A stretch of DNA of 26,167 bases from Candidatus Nanohaloarchaea archaeon (lineage in GTDB: Archaea; Nanohalarchaeota; Nanosalinia; Nanosalinales; Nanosalinaceae). Positions 8,337 to 16,648 of this stretch are shown in pieces (position 1 is the stretch's first letter; each line of letters begins with the position of its first letter). Made by a program: the position numbers and the translations under genes. The DNA is taken from positions 1 through 26,167 of the forward strand of contig JBEQBC010000009.1 in NCBI GenBank assembly GCA_041640035.1, read 5' to 3'. The notes under the pieces are model-generated. The model ran no database searches, was not told the DNA's origin, and was given only the letters and a program-made list of their open reading frames with translations.

Positions 8337-9311
8337 TCAGTTCTCAACCCGGATCTTGTAACCGGAACGGATCTCATCCTTATGCCTCTCAATCTCGTTC
8401 TCCAAGCCTTCCGAGTAGTCGGTTACTCTTCTAACCAGGCCGTCATCCAGTACATGTGGATCGATGAAACGGGCCTTGGTAGTAACCTGCAGATCAGCCT
8501 CTTCTCCATCATTCACCAACTCCACAGTGAAATCGGAGTCTAGCCGATTCAGTAGTTCCTGGATTCTTTCGTCATCTGAGCCTTTGATTTTTTCGTATAC
8601 ATAGTTATCGTTCTCGAACAGTTCCTCTTCCGTCAGAAGGTCAATCTCGAATGCTCTCCTAATCACCTGTGCGAACATCTCGTTAACCGCAACCTCGGTA
8701 GGTGAGGCCCATCCCTCGTTATCCATCTCCATGAAGTAGAAGCTGTACTCCTCAGCCACCTCCATATCATCCAGCATGAACTCGTTTTTGTGTACGGTTA
8801 GTGCGTTGAGGAATGGCTGTGGATCGATATCCTTGTGTACCTTGATGTCTCTGAGGAAGTAGTCGATCCTGTCGGCGCAGAGACTTGGCATATCCCGTTC
8901 GAGTAGTTTGAAGTTGGATTCGTCCAAGACTTCTTCAGTATCTATTCCGTGCTTCTCAAGTATTTCCGGTATCTCCGAATCGTATACTATCTTATCCAGG
9001 AAGTCATCATGGTAGTCATGGTCCTCGGTATCGAAGACGAAGTCTACCAGATGTGAGAACGCTGTATGGGGTACATCATGTAGAAGACCTGCGATCTGTT
9101 CCTCAAGACTTGCATCAAATTTTCTTAGCAGGAAGAATACTCCAAGACTGTGTTCGTACCGTGTAACCGGTTCCTTGTCGATGAAATATTTCTGAGGTCC
9201 GGCTTGCTGTATGTTCTTCAGTCTCTGAACCGGTTCGCTCTCTATCAGTTCTTTGATAACCTCTTTTTCGATTGTTTGTCTGCCGTGAACAGCGTCGTTG
9301 ACTTCCATCAC
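8337..9311 (-). CDS. HD-domain phosphohydrolase (SAMHD1/dNTPase-like)
   Basis: QRLKNIQQ, TRYEHSLG, LLHDVPHTAFSH, ADRIDYFLRD. Confidence 0.92.
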   Translation of the reverse strand: MMEVNDAVHGRQTIEKEVIKELIESEPVQRLKNIQQAGPQKYFIDKEPVTRYEHSLGVFFLLRKFDASLEEQIAGLLHDVPHTAFSHLVDFVFDTEDHDYHDDFLDKIVYDSEIPEILEKHGIDTEEVLDESNFKLLERDMPSLCADRIDYFLRDIKVHKDIDPQPFLNALTVHKNEFMLDDMEVAEEYSFYFMEMDNEGWASPTEVAVNEMFAQVIRRAFEIDLLTEEELFENDNYVYEKIKGSDDERIQELLNRLDSDFTVELVNDGEEADLQVTTKARFIDPHVLDDGLVRRVTDYSEGLENEIERHKDEIRSGYKIRVEN

Positions 9312-9363
9312 CGAAATATTCGATAATTAATCTTATGCTGTTTACTGTTCCAACACTGAAATA

Positions 9364-9711
9364 GTGAAAGGAGTCTACGCAGTGTACTTCAAACTGGAAA
9401 AGGAGAAAACCGTCGAATGCGGAGGACTGGGAGAGATCAGCTTCCAGCCAGGCACCTACATCTATGTTGGTTCGGCGATGAAATCTCTTGAAAGCAGGAT
9501 CCACAGGCATTTCCATAGCCAGGAGAACAAGCACTGGCATATCGACTACTTCTCCGAAGAGGCTGAGCCTGAAAGCGTCTTTTTCGTTTTTACTGAGGAT
9601 AGCAGCCTTGAATGTACCTTGGCAGAGTTCTTTTCATCAGAATTTGATGAAGTGAACCGTTTCGGTTCTTCGGACTGCGGATGCAACTCACATCTATTTC
9701 GAAAACTGTAA
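9364..9711 (+). CDS. GIY-YIG (Uri superfamily, DUF123) nuclease
   Basis: GVY...YIYVGSA...RIHRH...HWHIDY...EC...FGSSDCGCNSHL. GTG start. Confidence 0.9.
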   Translation: MKGVYAVYFKLEKEKTVECGGLGEISFQPGTYIYVGSAMKSLESRIHRHFHSQENKHWHIDYFSEEAEPESVFFVFTEDSSLECTLAEFFSSEFDEVNRFGSSDCGCNSHLFRKL

Positions 9712-9749
9712 CAACGGATTTAACTAAACTTCCGTATAATACTCCAAAT

Positions 9750-10343
9750 ATGGAAAATCCAGTCGTATTCGGACTTGCCACATCAGCACTACTGATCCAC
9801 ATCGGACTGCTGATCTCACTACTACTTTTCACACTGAAGAAAACCGTTTTACCAGACATATACCAGAAACTGAAAGTAGACCTGTTGTACAGCCGTATAT
9901 CAGATTACAATTTGGAGATAGCTTGGATATTTGCATTCGTGGCTACCACAGGAAGCCTGTACATGTCGGAAATCCTAGGATGGGATCCTTGCCCGCTTTG
10001 CTGGGTTCAGAGAGGGTTCATCTACCCACTGGTACTGATACTGGGCGCAGCAATCTACCTTGAAAGGACCGACAGAGAGTTCAGTAGAGAAATCCTGGGG
10101 ATCGATTTCGGTTTGAAAGATATCGGTATGGTGCTGGCGATGATATGTACACCTCTATCTCTTTACCATTCGATCTATCAGCGTTTCAGTCAGTACATTA
10201 GTGCAGGATGCTCGCCGACAGCTATCAGCTGTTCGACCAAGTACACTTTCCACTACAATTACATTTCGATTCCGACACTGGCGTTTACAGCGGTCTTGGT
10301 GATTGTGTTGTTGCTGTGGCGGTTTAGCTCCACGGATTATTAA
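9750..10343 (+). CDS. dsbB: Disulfide bond formation protein B (DsbB/BdbC-like)
   Basis: SLYMSE...PCPLCWVQRGFIYP, second Cys pair GCSPTAISC, ISIPTL, multiple TM helices. ATG at 9750. Confidence 0.88.
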   Translation: MENPVVFGLATSALLIHIGLLISLLLFTLKKTVLPDIYQKLKVDLLYSRISDYNLEIAWIFAFVATTGSLYMSEILGWDPCPLCWVQRGFIYPLVLILGAAIYLERTDREFSREILGIDFGLKDIGMVLAMICTPLSLYHSIYQRFSQYISAGCSPTAISCSTKYTFHYNYISIPTLAFTAVLVIVLLLWRFSSTDY

Positions 10344-11316
10344 CCACATTTTTTCTTTCCTCTATATTCTCGACTGTGGTCTCTACAATCCTGTGAAGTG
10401 CCTCTTTACTGTTGAAGGCGTTGTGTGGGGTGACTATCACATCGTCTCTATCTACTAGGATATGATCCTCTAGGACTTTTTCGATGTCGTTCTCTGATTC
10501 TGCTTCTGATAGAACTTCGACATCATCTTTCATCATGGATTCGTCTTCCAGGACATCTAGACCTGCTGAAGTGACATTTCCTTCCTCCAGTGCTTCTATG
10601 AGAGCCTCCGTGTCAACTAGGCCTCCGCGGGCAGTATTCAGTATTATCGTGTTGTCCATCATATTGAATTCTTCGTAGGATAGAAGGTGGTGGTTTGAGT
10701 CGGTTAACGGTGCGTGAAGTGTTATTATGTCTGACTGTTGGAGGAGGTCCTCGAGATCTACATACATGAAGCCGAGTTCGTGTTCGAGATGTTGTTTAGG
10801 GTATGGATCGTATGCGATGACTTCCATGTTGAATCCTCTTGCTATCTCTATGACGCGTTGCCCGATGTCACCTGTTCCTATGACTCCTATTTTCTTGCCG
10901 TCTAAGTCTGTTCCTTTCAAGCCTTTGTGTGAGAAGTCTCCTTCCTCCACTTGTTCTTCGGCCTGTGAGATCTTCCTTGTCAGGTTGAGAAGTAGGCCGA
11001 ATGTGTGTTCAGCTACTGTTGAGGGTCCGTAGCTTGGTACATTTGAGACCATGACTCCGGTTCTGGCTGCGTGACCTGTGTCGATGTGGTCGAATCCTGT
11101 TGAGCGTGTGGCTATGATGTCTGCATCCATTTTGTCTATTACTTCGGCTGATACCTTGGAGTCGACGAATACTGTTACGGCATCGTATCCGCCAAGTTTA
11201 TCCACAGTATTTTCGTCGAGTGGTTGTTGGATGAACTCTATGTTGAGGCTGTGATCTTTTTTCTCCATGTATTCTTTTTGCCATTTCTCTGCGTCGAACC
11301 ACGCGACATCTGTCAT
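10324..11316 (-). CDS. ldhA: D-isomer-specific 2-hydroxyacid dehydrogenase (D-lactate dehydrogenase-like)
   Basis: RSTGFDHID, NVPSY..VAEH, GVIGTGDIG, NTARGGLVD, LDVLE, TPHNAF. Confidence 0.88.
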   Translation of the reverse strand: MTDVAWFDAEKWQKEYMEKKDHSLNIEFIQQPLDENTVDKLGGYDAVTVFVDSKVSAEVIDKMDADIIATRSTGFDHIDTGHAARTGVMVSNVPSYGPSTVAEHTFGLLLNLTRKISQAEEQVEEGDFSHKGLKGTDLDGKKIGVIGTGDIGQRVIEIARGFNMEVIAYDPYPKQHLEHELGFMYVDLEDLLQQSDIITLHAPLTDSNHHLLSYEEFNMMDNTIILNTARGGLVDTEALIEALEEGNVTSAGLDVLEDESMMKDDVEVLSEAESENDIEKVLEDHILVDRDDVIVTPHNAFNSKEALHRIVETTVENIEERKNVVNNPWS

Positions 11317-11426
11317 AAGTATTTACTGTGGGACGGTTGACTAAAAAACAGGGAGCAGGGATTAAGAGTTTTCTACCAGGAAAAAGAAGCAGATAAAAAA
11401 TTTTGTGACCAATTCGTTACAGTAAC

Positions 11427-12383
11427 ATGCCGAATATTTTAGTTCCGGAGACCCTGGAATCAAATGAACTATACGATGAACTAGATAACCAGGGTATAGA
11501 ATATACAGAGGTCGAAAGAGAAAGATTCATAGATGAACTGGCCTCAGGAGAATACGACGGATTGATAGGCAACGGACATGTCCGTATGTACGCCGCAGCA
11601 GTAGAAACAGATACCGAGATGGTGATATTCGACTACGGAGACTCCGGACTGGCAACCAGCTACCTGTCAGGAAATCCATCAGCAGACGCATCAAGCATAC
11701 AGGACATAACCGAAACATACATCCAGCAGAGCCGACTGCAGGAACAGGCAGAGTTTGGCTCTAAGATGATAAGGCACGACGCTCTCAACGACATGAATGT
11801 ACTCCGCGGCAGAATGGATATAGCTCAAGAAAGAGCGGATGAAGAGGTACAGGAGCACCTGGAAGTAGCGGAAGGTGCAGCAAGATCAATGCAAGACATA
11901 ATCGAAAGCACCAAGGCACTTTTCTCAACCAATACAGATATAGAGCCAGTACCTATCCATGAAACCGTTCAGCACCTGAAACAACAGTATGGAGATGAAG
12001 CACAGAGAAGAGGATTCGAGCTGGAAGTCGATACTCATCCGGGAATCTATGCCTGTGCCGGTGATGAAATAGTGAACATGTACGGACAGATGATCAGAAA
12101 CGGTTTCGAACATTCTGGAGGCGATCATATCAGAGTAACAGCTGAAGAAACAGAAGAAGGTCCGAAGGTCGAGTACGAGGACAACGGCGAAGGCTTCGAT
12201 CCTGAAAACATGGAGAAAGTACTGCAGGAAGGCGTCTCCGAAAACGAGGACGGCGGACTGGGAATGTTTATAATGGCTCAAAGCGCAGAAAAATACGATA
12301 TGGACCTTATTCTAGGAGAATCAGAGGACCTGGGTGGAGCAAAAATCACCACTATTCTTGAACCTGCCGAAGATGACTGTTAA
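11427..12383 (+). CDS. Cytoplasmic sensor histidine kinase (HisKA + HATPase_c)
   Basis: H-box RHDALNDM, N-box IRNGFEH, G1 EDNGEG, G2 GGLGM. No TM segment. Confidence 0.9.
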   Translation: MPNILVPETLESNELYDELDNQGIEYTEVERERFIDELASGEYDGLIGNGHVRMYAAAVETDTEMVIFDYGDSGLATSYLSGNPSADASSIQDITETYIQQSRLQEQAEFGSKMIRHDALNDMNVLRGRMDIAQERADEEVQEHLEVAEGAARSMQDIIESTKALFSTNTDIEPVPIHETVQHLKQQYGDEAQRRGFELEVDTHPGIYACAGDEIVNMYGQMIRNGFEHSGGDHIRVTAEETEEGPKVEYEDNGEGFDPENMEKVLQEGVSENEDGGLGMFIMAQSAEKYDMDLILGESEDLGGAKITTILEPAEDDC

Positions 12384-12792
12384 ACCAGAGGAACTTGAAG
12401 AAGGCGAAAAAGTACTTTTCAACGACCGCAAAACACCCTTGAAAGTCTCAGAGAAAAAGGAAGACAAACTATTTGTAGAGGGTCCGAACGGTGGAGAATA
12501 CGAGATCTACCGGGAAGACGGAACGCTTCTAGTATGCCGGAAGGGAAACCAGAGATACTCATCTTACTGCGAGGAATTAAGGAAAGTCGGTGAATGGCAG
12601 CGAGACGGAGATAAATGGAAGCATACGAAGACGGAAGCCCGTATCGAGATGAAAAGAAACGAAAACGGTTTCTGGACACTTGAATCAGAGAAATTCGGAG
12701 ATGAACTTGATCTTCCGAAGTACGGTTACTCATCGAAGGAGTTCGCGGAGGAAGACGCGGAAAAGTTCGTCAGGAACAAACCTGAAGGCTGA
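12373..12792 (+). CDS. Hypothetical protein, translationally coupled to the histidine kinase
   Basis: ATG at 12373 overlaps the kinase 3' end. Beta-rich, charged sequence. Confidence 0.7.
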   Translation: MTVKPEELEEGEKVLFNDRKTPLKVSEKKEDKLFVEGPNGGEYEIYREDGTLLVCRKGNQRYSSYCEELRKVGEWQRDGDKWKHTKTEARIEMKRNENGFWTLESEKFGDELDLPKYGYSSKEFAEEDAEKFVRNKPEG

Positions 12793-12837
12793 ACTATATA
12801 ATCATCTATCAAAAAATTGGTTCCTGCACGGTATCAG

Positions 12838-13671
12838 ATGAAAAAAGAGTACAAGATCCTGGCAGCAGTATTCGGAGGATTCGCAGTTCTATCAATACTA
12901 GCCATAGCCGCCTTCATAGGACTCATAATGTCGATAGGCTCCGGACAGCCAGAAGAAGGCTCATTCACACACGAAGTCGAGTACTCCGCAGAATTCACAG
13001 CCAACGGCACACTTAATGACACGGTTTTCTACCTTCCATACCCCGAAGACGAAGAGTTCAGAGATAAAGTCAGGATGAACGGTTCAAATGTATCGATACA
13101 CAACGAGTGGGACGCAAACCTTTCTGTAGTGAACACTTCACGCGGGGAGATGCTGAAAGCTGATATAGGTGATTTCCAGCCACAGACCTTCGACGACCGG
13201 TTCCTGGAGGAGATCAATCAGACCGAGTTGCCTGAGGAAGTTGAAAGAGATGAAATACTTAACAGAACTTATACTAACTCAACGGAACTAAGCGATTATG
13301 CGACCTACGACCTGATAATCTCAGTTGATTACAACAGGACACTGGATACAAGAAACGGTTTAACAGAAGAACCACATCTCAACTCAAACAGCACTACTCT
13401 ATCAGATTGCGGAGTAGGACCAAGAGAATCATGTGATGTTGTGACAACAGATGCTTTCCTGAGCTATGATACATCGAACGAGACATACATGGAGATGAAT
13501 GTGAGACTGAATGGAAGGAATTCCTGGTGGGACTGGGGTTGGAGCGGCAATAGTTACAGGCAGAGTTTCTACAACAGTTACTACGATGACAGCAAGATAA
13601 AGGGATCTCAAAACGGCTGGATTACTCTCCGTGGATCAGAAGAGGAAGGAGAAGGAAACTACCGTGACTGA
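12838..13671 (+). CDS. Membrane-anchored surface (glyco)protein
   Basis: MKKEYK plus a TM helix, then many NxS/T sequons (NGT, NDT, NGS, NVS, NLS, NTS, NQT, NRT, NST, NET) and one Cys pair. Confidence 0.75.
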   Translation: MKKEYKILAAVFGGFAVLSILAIAAFIGLIMSIGSGQPEEGSFTHEVEYSAEFTANGTLNDTVFYLPYPEDEEFRDKVRMNGSNVSIHNEWDANLSVVNTSRGEMLKADIGDFQPQTFDDRFLEEINQTELPEEVERDEILNRTYTNSTELSDYATYDLIISVDYNRTLDTRNGLTEEPHLNSNSTTLSDCGVGPRESCDVVTTDAFLSYDTSNETYMEMNVRLNGRNSWWDWGWSGNSYRQSFYNSYYDDSKIKGSQNGWITLRGSEEEGEGNYRD

Positions 13672-14223
13672 TTAGACCATATCTGTTCTCTCGATGTCGT
13701 TCTGTTCTGCATCATAACGGTCGAAGACCTCAGGTAGGTCAGCAGTGTTCAGACTACCAGGATCATATGGGATAGCACGGACAGTAACAGGATAATCCTC
13801 CCTCAGATCCATGCCGTCATGTTCTAGTAGAACCTCCACAGAACCTTCATAATGCGGGCCAGGAAGATCTTCAGAGTCCTCTACCTCTAACGGTATGATA
13901 CCGGTTTTCTCTCTTGTACTTTGAGGTACCCTGTGTCTCGCCTCGTCAGGGAAAACATAACTATCGTTCATGTTCCGGCCGTGGACTACTCCATAACCTG
14001 TCTCATCCTGATTAAATCCGGGGCTGTGTTCATATACGATTATTCTGGGTTCTTCTCCGGTCTGATGCATGGAGGTATTCAGGACCCCCTGGAAAACATT
14101 CATGCCGGAGGATATCGCGTGCTGTTCAATATCTTCCTCCGCAAGCTCTTCTCCATGCTGAGCGAAACCCTGATTTGATGCATCGTTCAGAATACCCTGT
14201 ATATCGACATCTTCATCTTCCAT
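13672..14223 (-). CDS. Hypothetical acidic protein
   Basis: 183-aa ORF with ATG start and a TTTATTAA box about 25 nt upstream. Confidence 0.7.
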   Translation of the reverse strand: MEDEDVDIQGILNDASNQGFAQHGEELAEEDIEQHAISSGMNVFQGVLNTSMHQTGEEPRIIVYEHSPGFNQDETGYGVVHGRNMNDSYVFPDEARHRVPQSTREKTGIIPLEVEDSEDLPGPHYEGSVEVLLEHDGMDLREDYPVTVRAIPYDPGSLNTADLPEVFDRYDAEQNDIERTDMV

Positions 14224-14294
14224 GTAGCCTAGTATAACATTCCAAGTTTAATAAAAGTGATTTAAAGTACCTATTTGACTTTTCTGGTTTAATG

Positions 14295-14309
14295 AAAAAA
14301 GAAGAGAAG
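14295..14309 (-). terminator. Archaeal oligo-T/pyrimidine terminator
   Basis: CTTCTCTTCTTTTTT on the minus strand downstream of the structured region. Confidence 0.55.
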
Positions 14310-14607
14310 TATTGGGGTATGTTAGCGCGTGTTTTGTTGTGTTGTGCAGCGTATAGTCTGTTGTTCTTTGGTTATCCACCTTGGAAAGCTTGTCTCGGGT
14401 TTCCGTTTGAGAAGTCCGAGTAATTTCGGTCAGGCCCTTTTGCCCGAGCTCCCCTGAGTTGAGGAGCAGGCCAGGATTTCCCAACCTACTTATCCTGTAT
14501 TAGGTATACAGGATAAACAGATTGGATCTATACGCGGTGATATCGCTCACGCTAGGCATATTAGACTTGAAGAATACAGACTTGAAGGTCTCGCCTGCGT
14601 GAGTCAT
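14295..14607 (-). ncRNA. Putative large structured ncRNA of unknown family
   Basis: Multiple nested helices whose G-U pairs work on the minus strand only, a pseudoknot, a TATA box at 14630-14638 and a U-tract at 14300-14295 (details in findings). Confidence 0.7.
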
Positions 14608-14629
14608 ATGTCTACTTTGTGAACTGACC

Positions 14630-14638
14630 TTTTTAAAA
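14630..14638 (-). promoter_or_regulatory. TATA box of the putative ncRNA
   Basis: TTTTAAAAA about 25 nt before the first helix of the structured region. Confidence 0.55.
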
Positions 14639-14690
14639 GTTTGCTGACATACTGATTTGACCCCAGAATCCAGAAACAAACCAAATTATA

Positions 14691-14708
14691 TGTTACTTTT
14701 CAGTAACA
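14691..14708. promoter_or_regulatory. Palindromic operator-like site TGTTAC-N6-GTAACA
   Basis: Perfect 6-bp inverted repeat immediately upstream of the TTTAAG box preceding 14742. Confidence 0.45.
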
Positions 14709-14741
14709 AATTTAAGCGTTGTCTGTTGTTAAGTTGATATA

Positions 14742-16271
14742 ATGAGTCCTTCCCTAGTTGACCTCGCCCGACAAGAGCTTGAGGAACATAATGTAGAGGT
14801 AGATGAGCCAAGTAGAACCAGAGCTCAGGAAGACCTTAAGATGATGGATGTTATAGAGGGAGGTAGCATCGGAGAAGGACTAAGCGCGGCAAGTTACGAT
14901 ATGCTTACAGATACAGTAAATCTTTACCAGCCAATGGCCAAGGCTGGAGCAGTAGATAATGTTCTGACGGACGAACAGATTGAGGAAGTCGTTTCCCTGG
15001 CAGACTCAGAAGATCTACCGCCCGAACTCCAGCAGTCCATGGACGACGCCTTCAAGAGCATCGATTCAGCGAAGAGCGCAATGGAAAACATGGGCTTAGA
15101 TGCACAGATAAACCAGTCGGCAGAGCAAGTATCCTCACATACGGCAATTTACGATGCATTAAGAAAAGGAGTCCCAACAGATAAGGTAGATGAACAAACC
15201 AGAGAGGAGCTGAGGGAGGAAGCACGCTGGCAGTTACAGATAAGCGCCGAACATGAACTGGTTCACAAGGCAGCCACAGATGCCTTCGTTGAACATGACG
15301 GCAGGACAGGAGCACTTCTCGAGAACCTGAGAGAAATAACTGAGATAGAGCAAGGACTGCTCTATGATGAAAAGGACCGTGATGACAAGAAGGATGTAAG
15401 AGCTCTTCTTGAGAACAAGGAATCTCAGTTCCCGCTTAACGACCAGGATCTTAGACGAGCCGCTGTAATGGAATTGGACGACGGCTACGAGCAGAAGAAA
15501 CAGGAAGTCAAGGAAAAGATCGAACTTCTTGAGAGTGAAAGAGACCGTACCGAGGAAATGCTGGAGGAAAGAACGGAAACATGGTCGGATATCATAACCG
15601 AAGACAGGAACGACATACTTGGAAAGCAAAATGAGGTAAGGGATGCCTATAGAGATTTCCAGGCAGAATTCAGGAACTTCCTGGAAGAGAACGATGAAAA
15701 AAGCAGGGAGGATTACCGTGAATTCCTGAAGGAACATGATCTCTACACACCTGAGAGAGTAGAGCGGCTGATGGATGCAGAAGATTACGAAGAAGCATTC
15801 GAAAACAAGAAAGACGAACAGATAGACCGGTTTAAAGAAAGAGAAGATGAGCTTTACGAAGAACTTGAAGAATACTTAGATGAAAGAGCTGATGAACTGG
15901 AGGAAGAGATCAAGGAGTACATAGAGCCTATGTTCGAGAGAGCTGAGGCTAACAGCGAGGTACCTGTCGGATCGGTCGGCGAATCATTCGCACATTTCTG
16001 GACCATGTATAGACGCGGAGAACTTGAGGATGAGGAAAGCCGTGAACAGAAGAAAGAAGGCTTGAGAAGAAACTATCCCAACGGAGGAGACAGAGCTGCC
16101 GAAGTCATAGACGACCTTTTCCAGCAGTACGATGAAATGGACGGCTCTGAAGAGGATAGAGTATCATATGTAATGAGTCAACAGGAAGAGTACCTTGAAA
16201 GAGAAATGGAGCCAGGCCTGATGGATGCAGTCACTGAACGGTTACCGGATTCCGACTACCTTCCTTTCTAG
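14742..16271 (+). CDS. Zincin-like (HExxH) metalloprotein with long coiled-coil insertion
   Basis: AASYDMLTDTVNL strand motif, EHELVH at nt 15252-15266, E/K/R-rich heptads, distal GESFAHF. Confidence 0.65.
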   Translation: MSPSLVDLARQELEEHNVEVDEPSRTRAQEDLKMMDVIEGGSIGEGLSAASYDMLTDTVNLYQPMAKAGAVDNVLTDEQIEEVVSLADSEDLPPELQQSMDDAFKSIDSAKSAMENMGLDAQINQSAEQVSSHTAIYDALRKGVPTDKVDEQTREELREEARWQLQISAEHELVHKAATDAFVEHDGRTGALLENLREITEIEQGLLYDEKDRDDKKDVRALLENKESQFPLNDQDLRRAAVMELDDGYEQKKQEVKEKIELLESERDRTEEMLEERTETWSDIITEDRNDILGKQNEVRDAYRDFQAEFRNFLEENDEKSREDYREFLKEHDLYTPERVERLMDAEDYEEAFENKKDEQIDRFKEREDELYEELEEYLDERADELEEEIKEYIEPMFERAEANSEVPVGSVGESFAHFWTMYRRGELEDEESREQKKEGLRRNYPNGGDRAAEVIDDLFQQYDEMDGSEEDRVSYVMSQQEEYLEREMEPGLMDAVTERLPDSDYLPF

Positions 16272-16306
16272 AAACAGTTTAAACACTGTGTAAAAATTGA
16301 ATCTTT

Positions 16307-16648
16307 ATGCAGGAGCTCATACAGGAGTTAAGGGATATCCAGGGAGTGAAAAATGTGAAGAAACAGTCCGGACCGGTACTCAAGGTCAACCTTTTCGGTC
16401 GCCCTGTACCGAACTCCGAAGCAGTGGAGATCAAAGGCGACCTGAGAAAGATATCACAGAAACTGAGAAACCAGTTGGATCAAGCACAGGAAAAAGGAGA
16501 AATCAGTTCATGGGAGTGGATAGTGAAACCGGAGAAGAAGTACACTGATAGCAGTCCGAGAGACCTGAAAGTATCTGATCGGAAGGATAAAGGACATAAA
16601 CCGGCTTATTATCGTGTAGCTATAGAAGAGGAATTTTCTCCCACTTGA
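16307..16648 (+). CDS. Hypothetical Lys-rich protein
   Basis: 113-aa ORF, ATG about 25 nt after TTTAAA. Confidence 0.7.
   Translation: MQELIQELRDIQGVKNVKKQSGPVLKVNLFGRPVPNSEAVEIKGDLRKISQKLRNQLDQAQEKGEISSWEWIVKPEKKYTDSSPRDLKVSDRKDKGHKPAYYRVAIEEEFSPT

Noticed and set aside
9364-9711. GIY-YIG gene as a homing endonuclease or mobile intron
   Set aside because: It matches the stand-alone archaeal DUF123 pattern and does not interrupt another gene.
14248-14484. 78-aa ORF in the track
   Set aside because: Non-ATG start, non-acidic composition, and it runs through the structured RNA and its terminator.
14295-14607. Calling the RNA SRP, RNase P, a group I intron or a cobalamin riboswitch
   Set aside because: The diagnostic motifs are absent or only partial. 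GGGAAAUCC and AGACUAUACG echo some conserved elements, but their required partner strands are missing.
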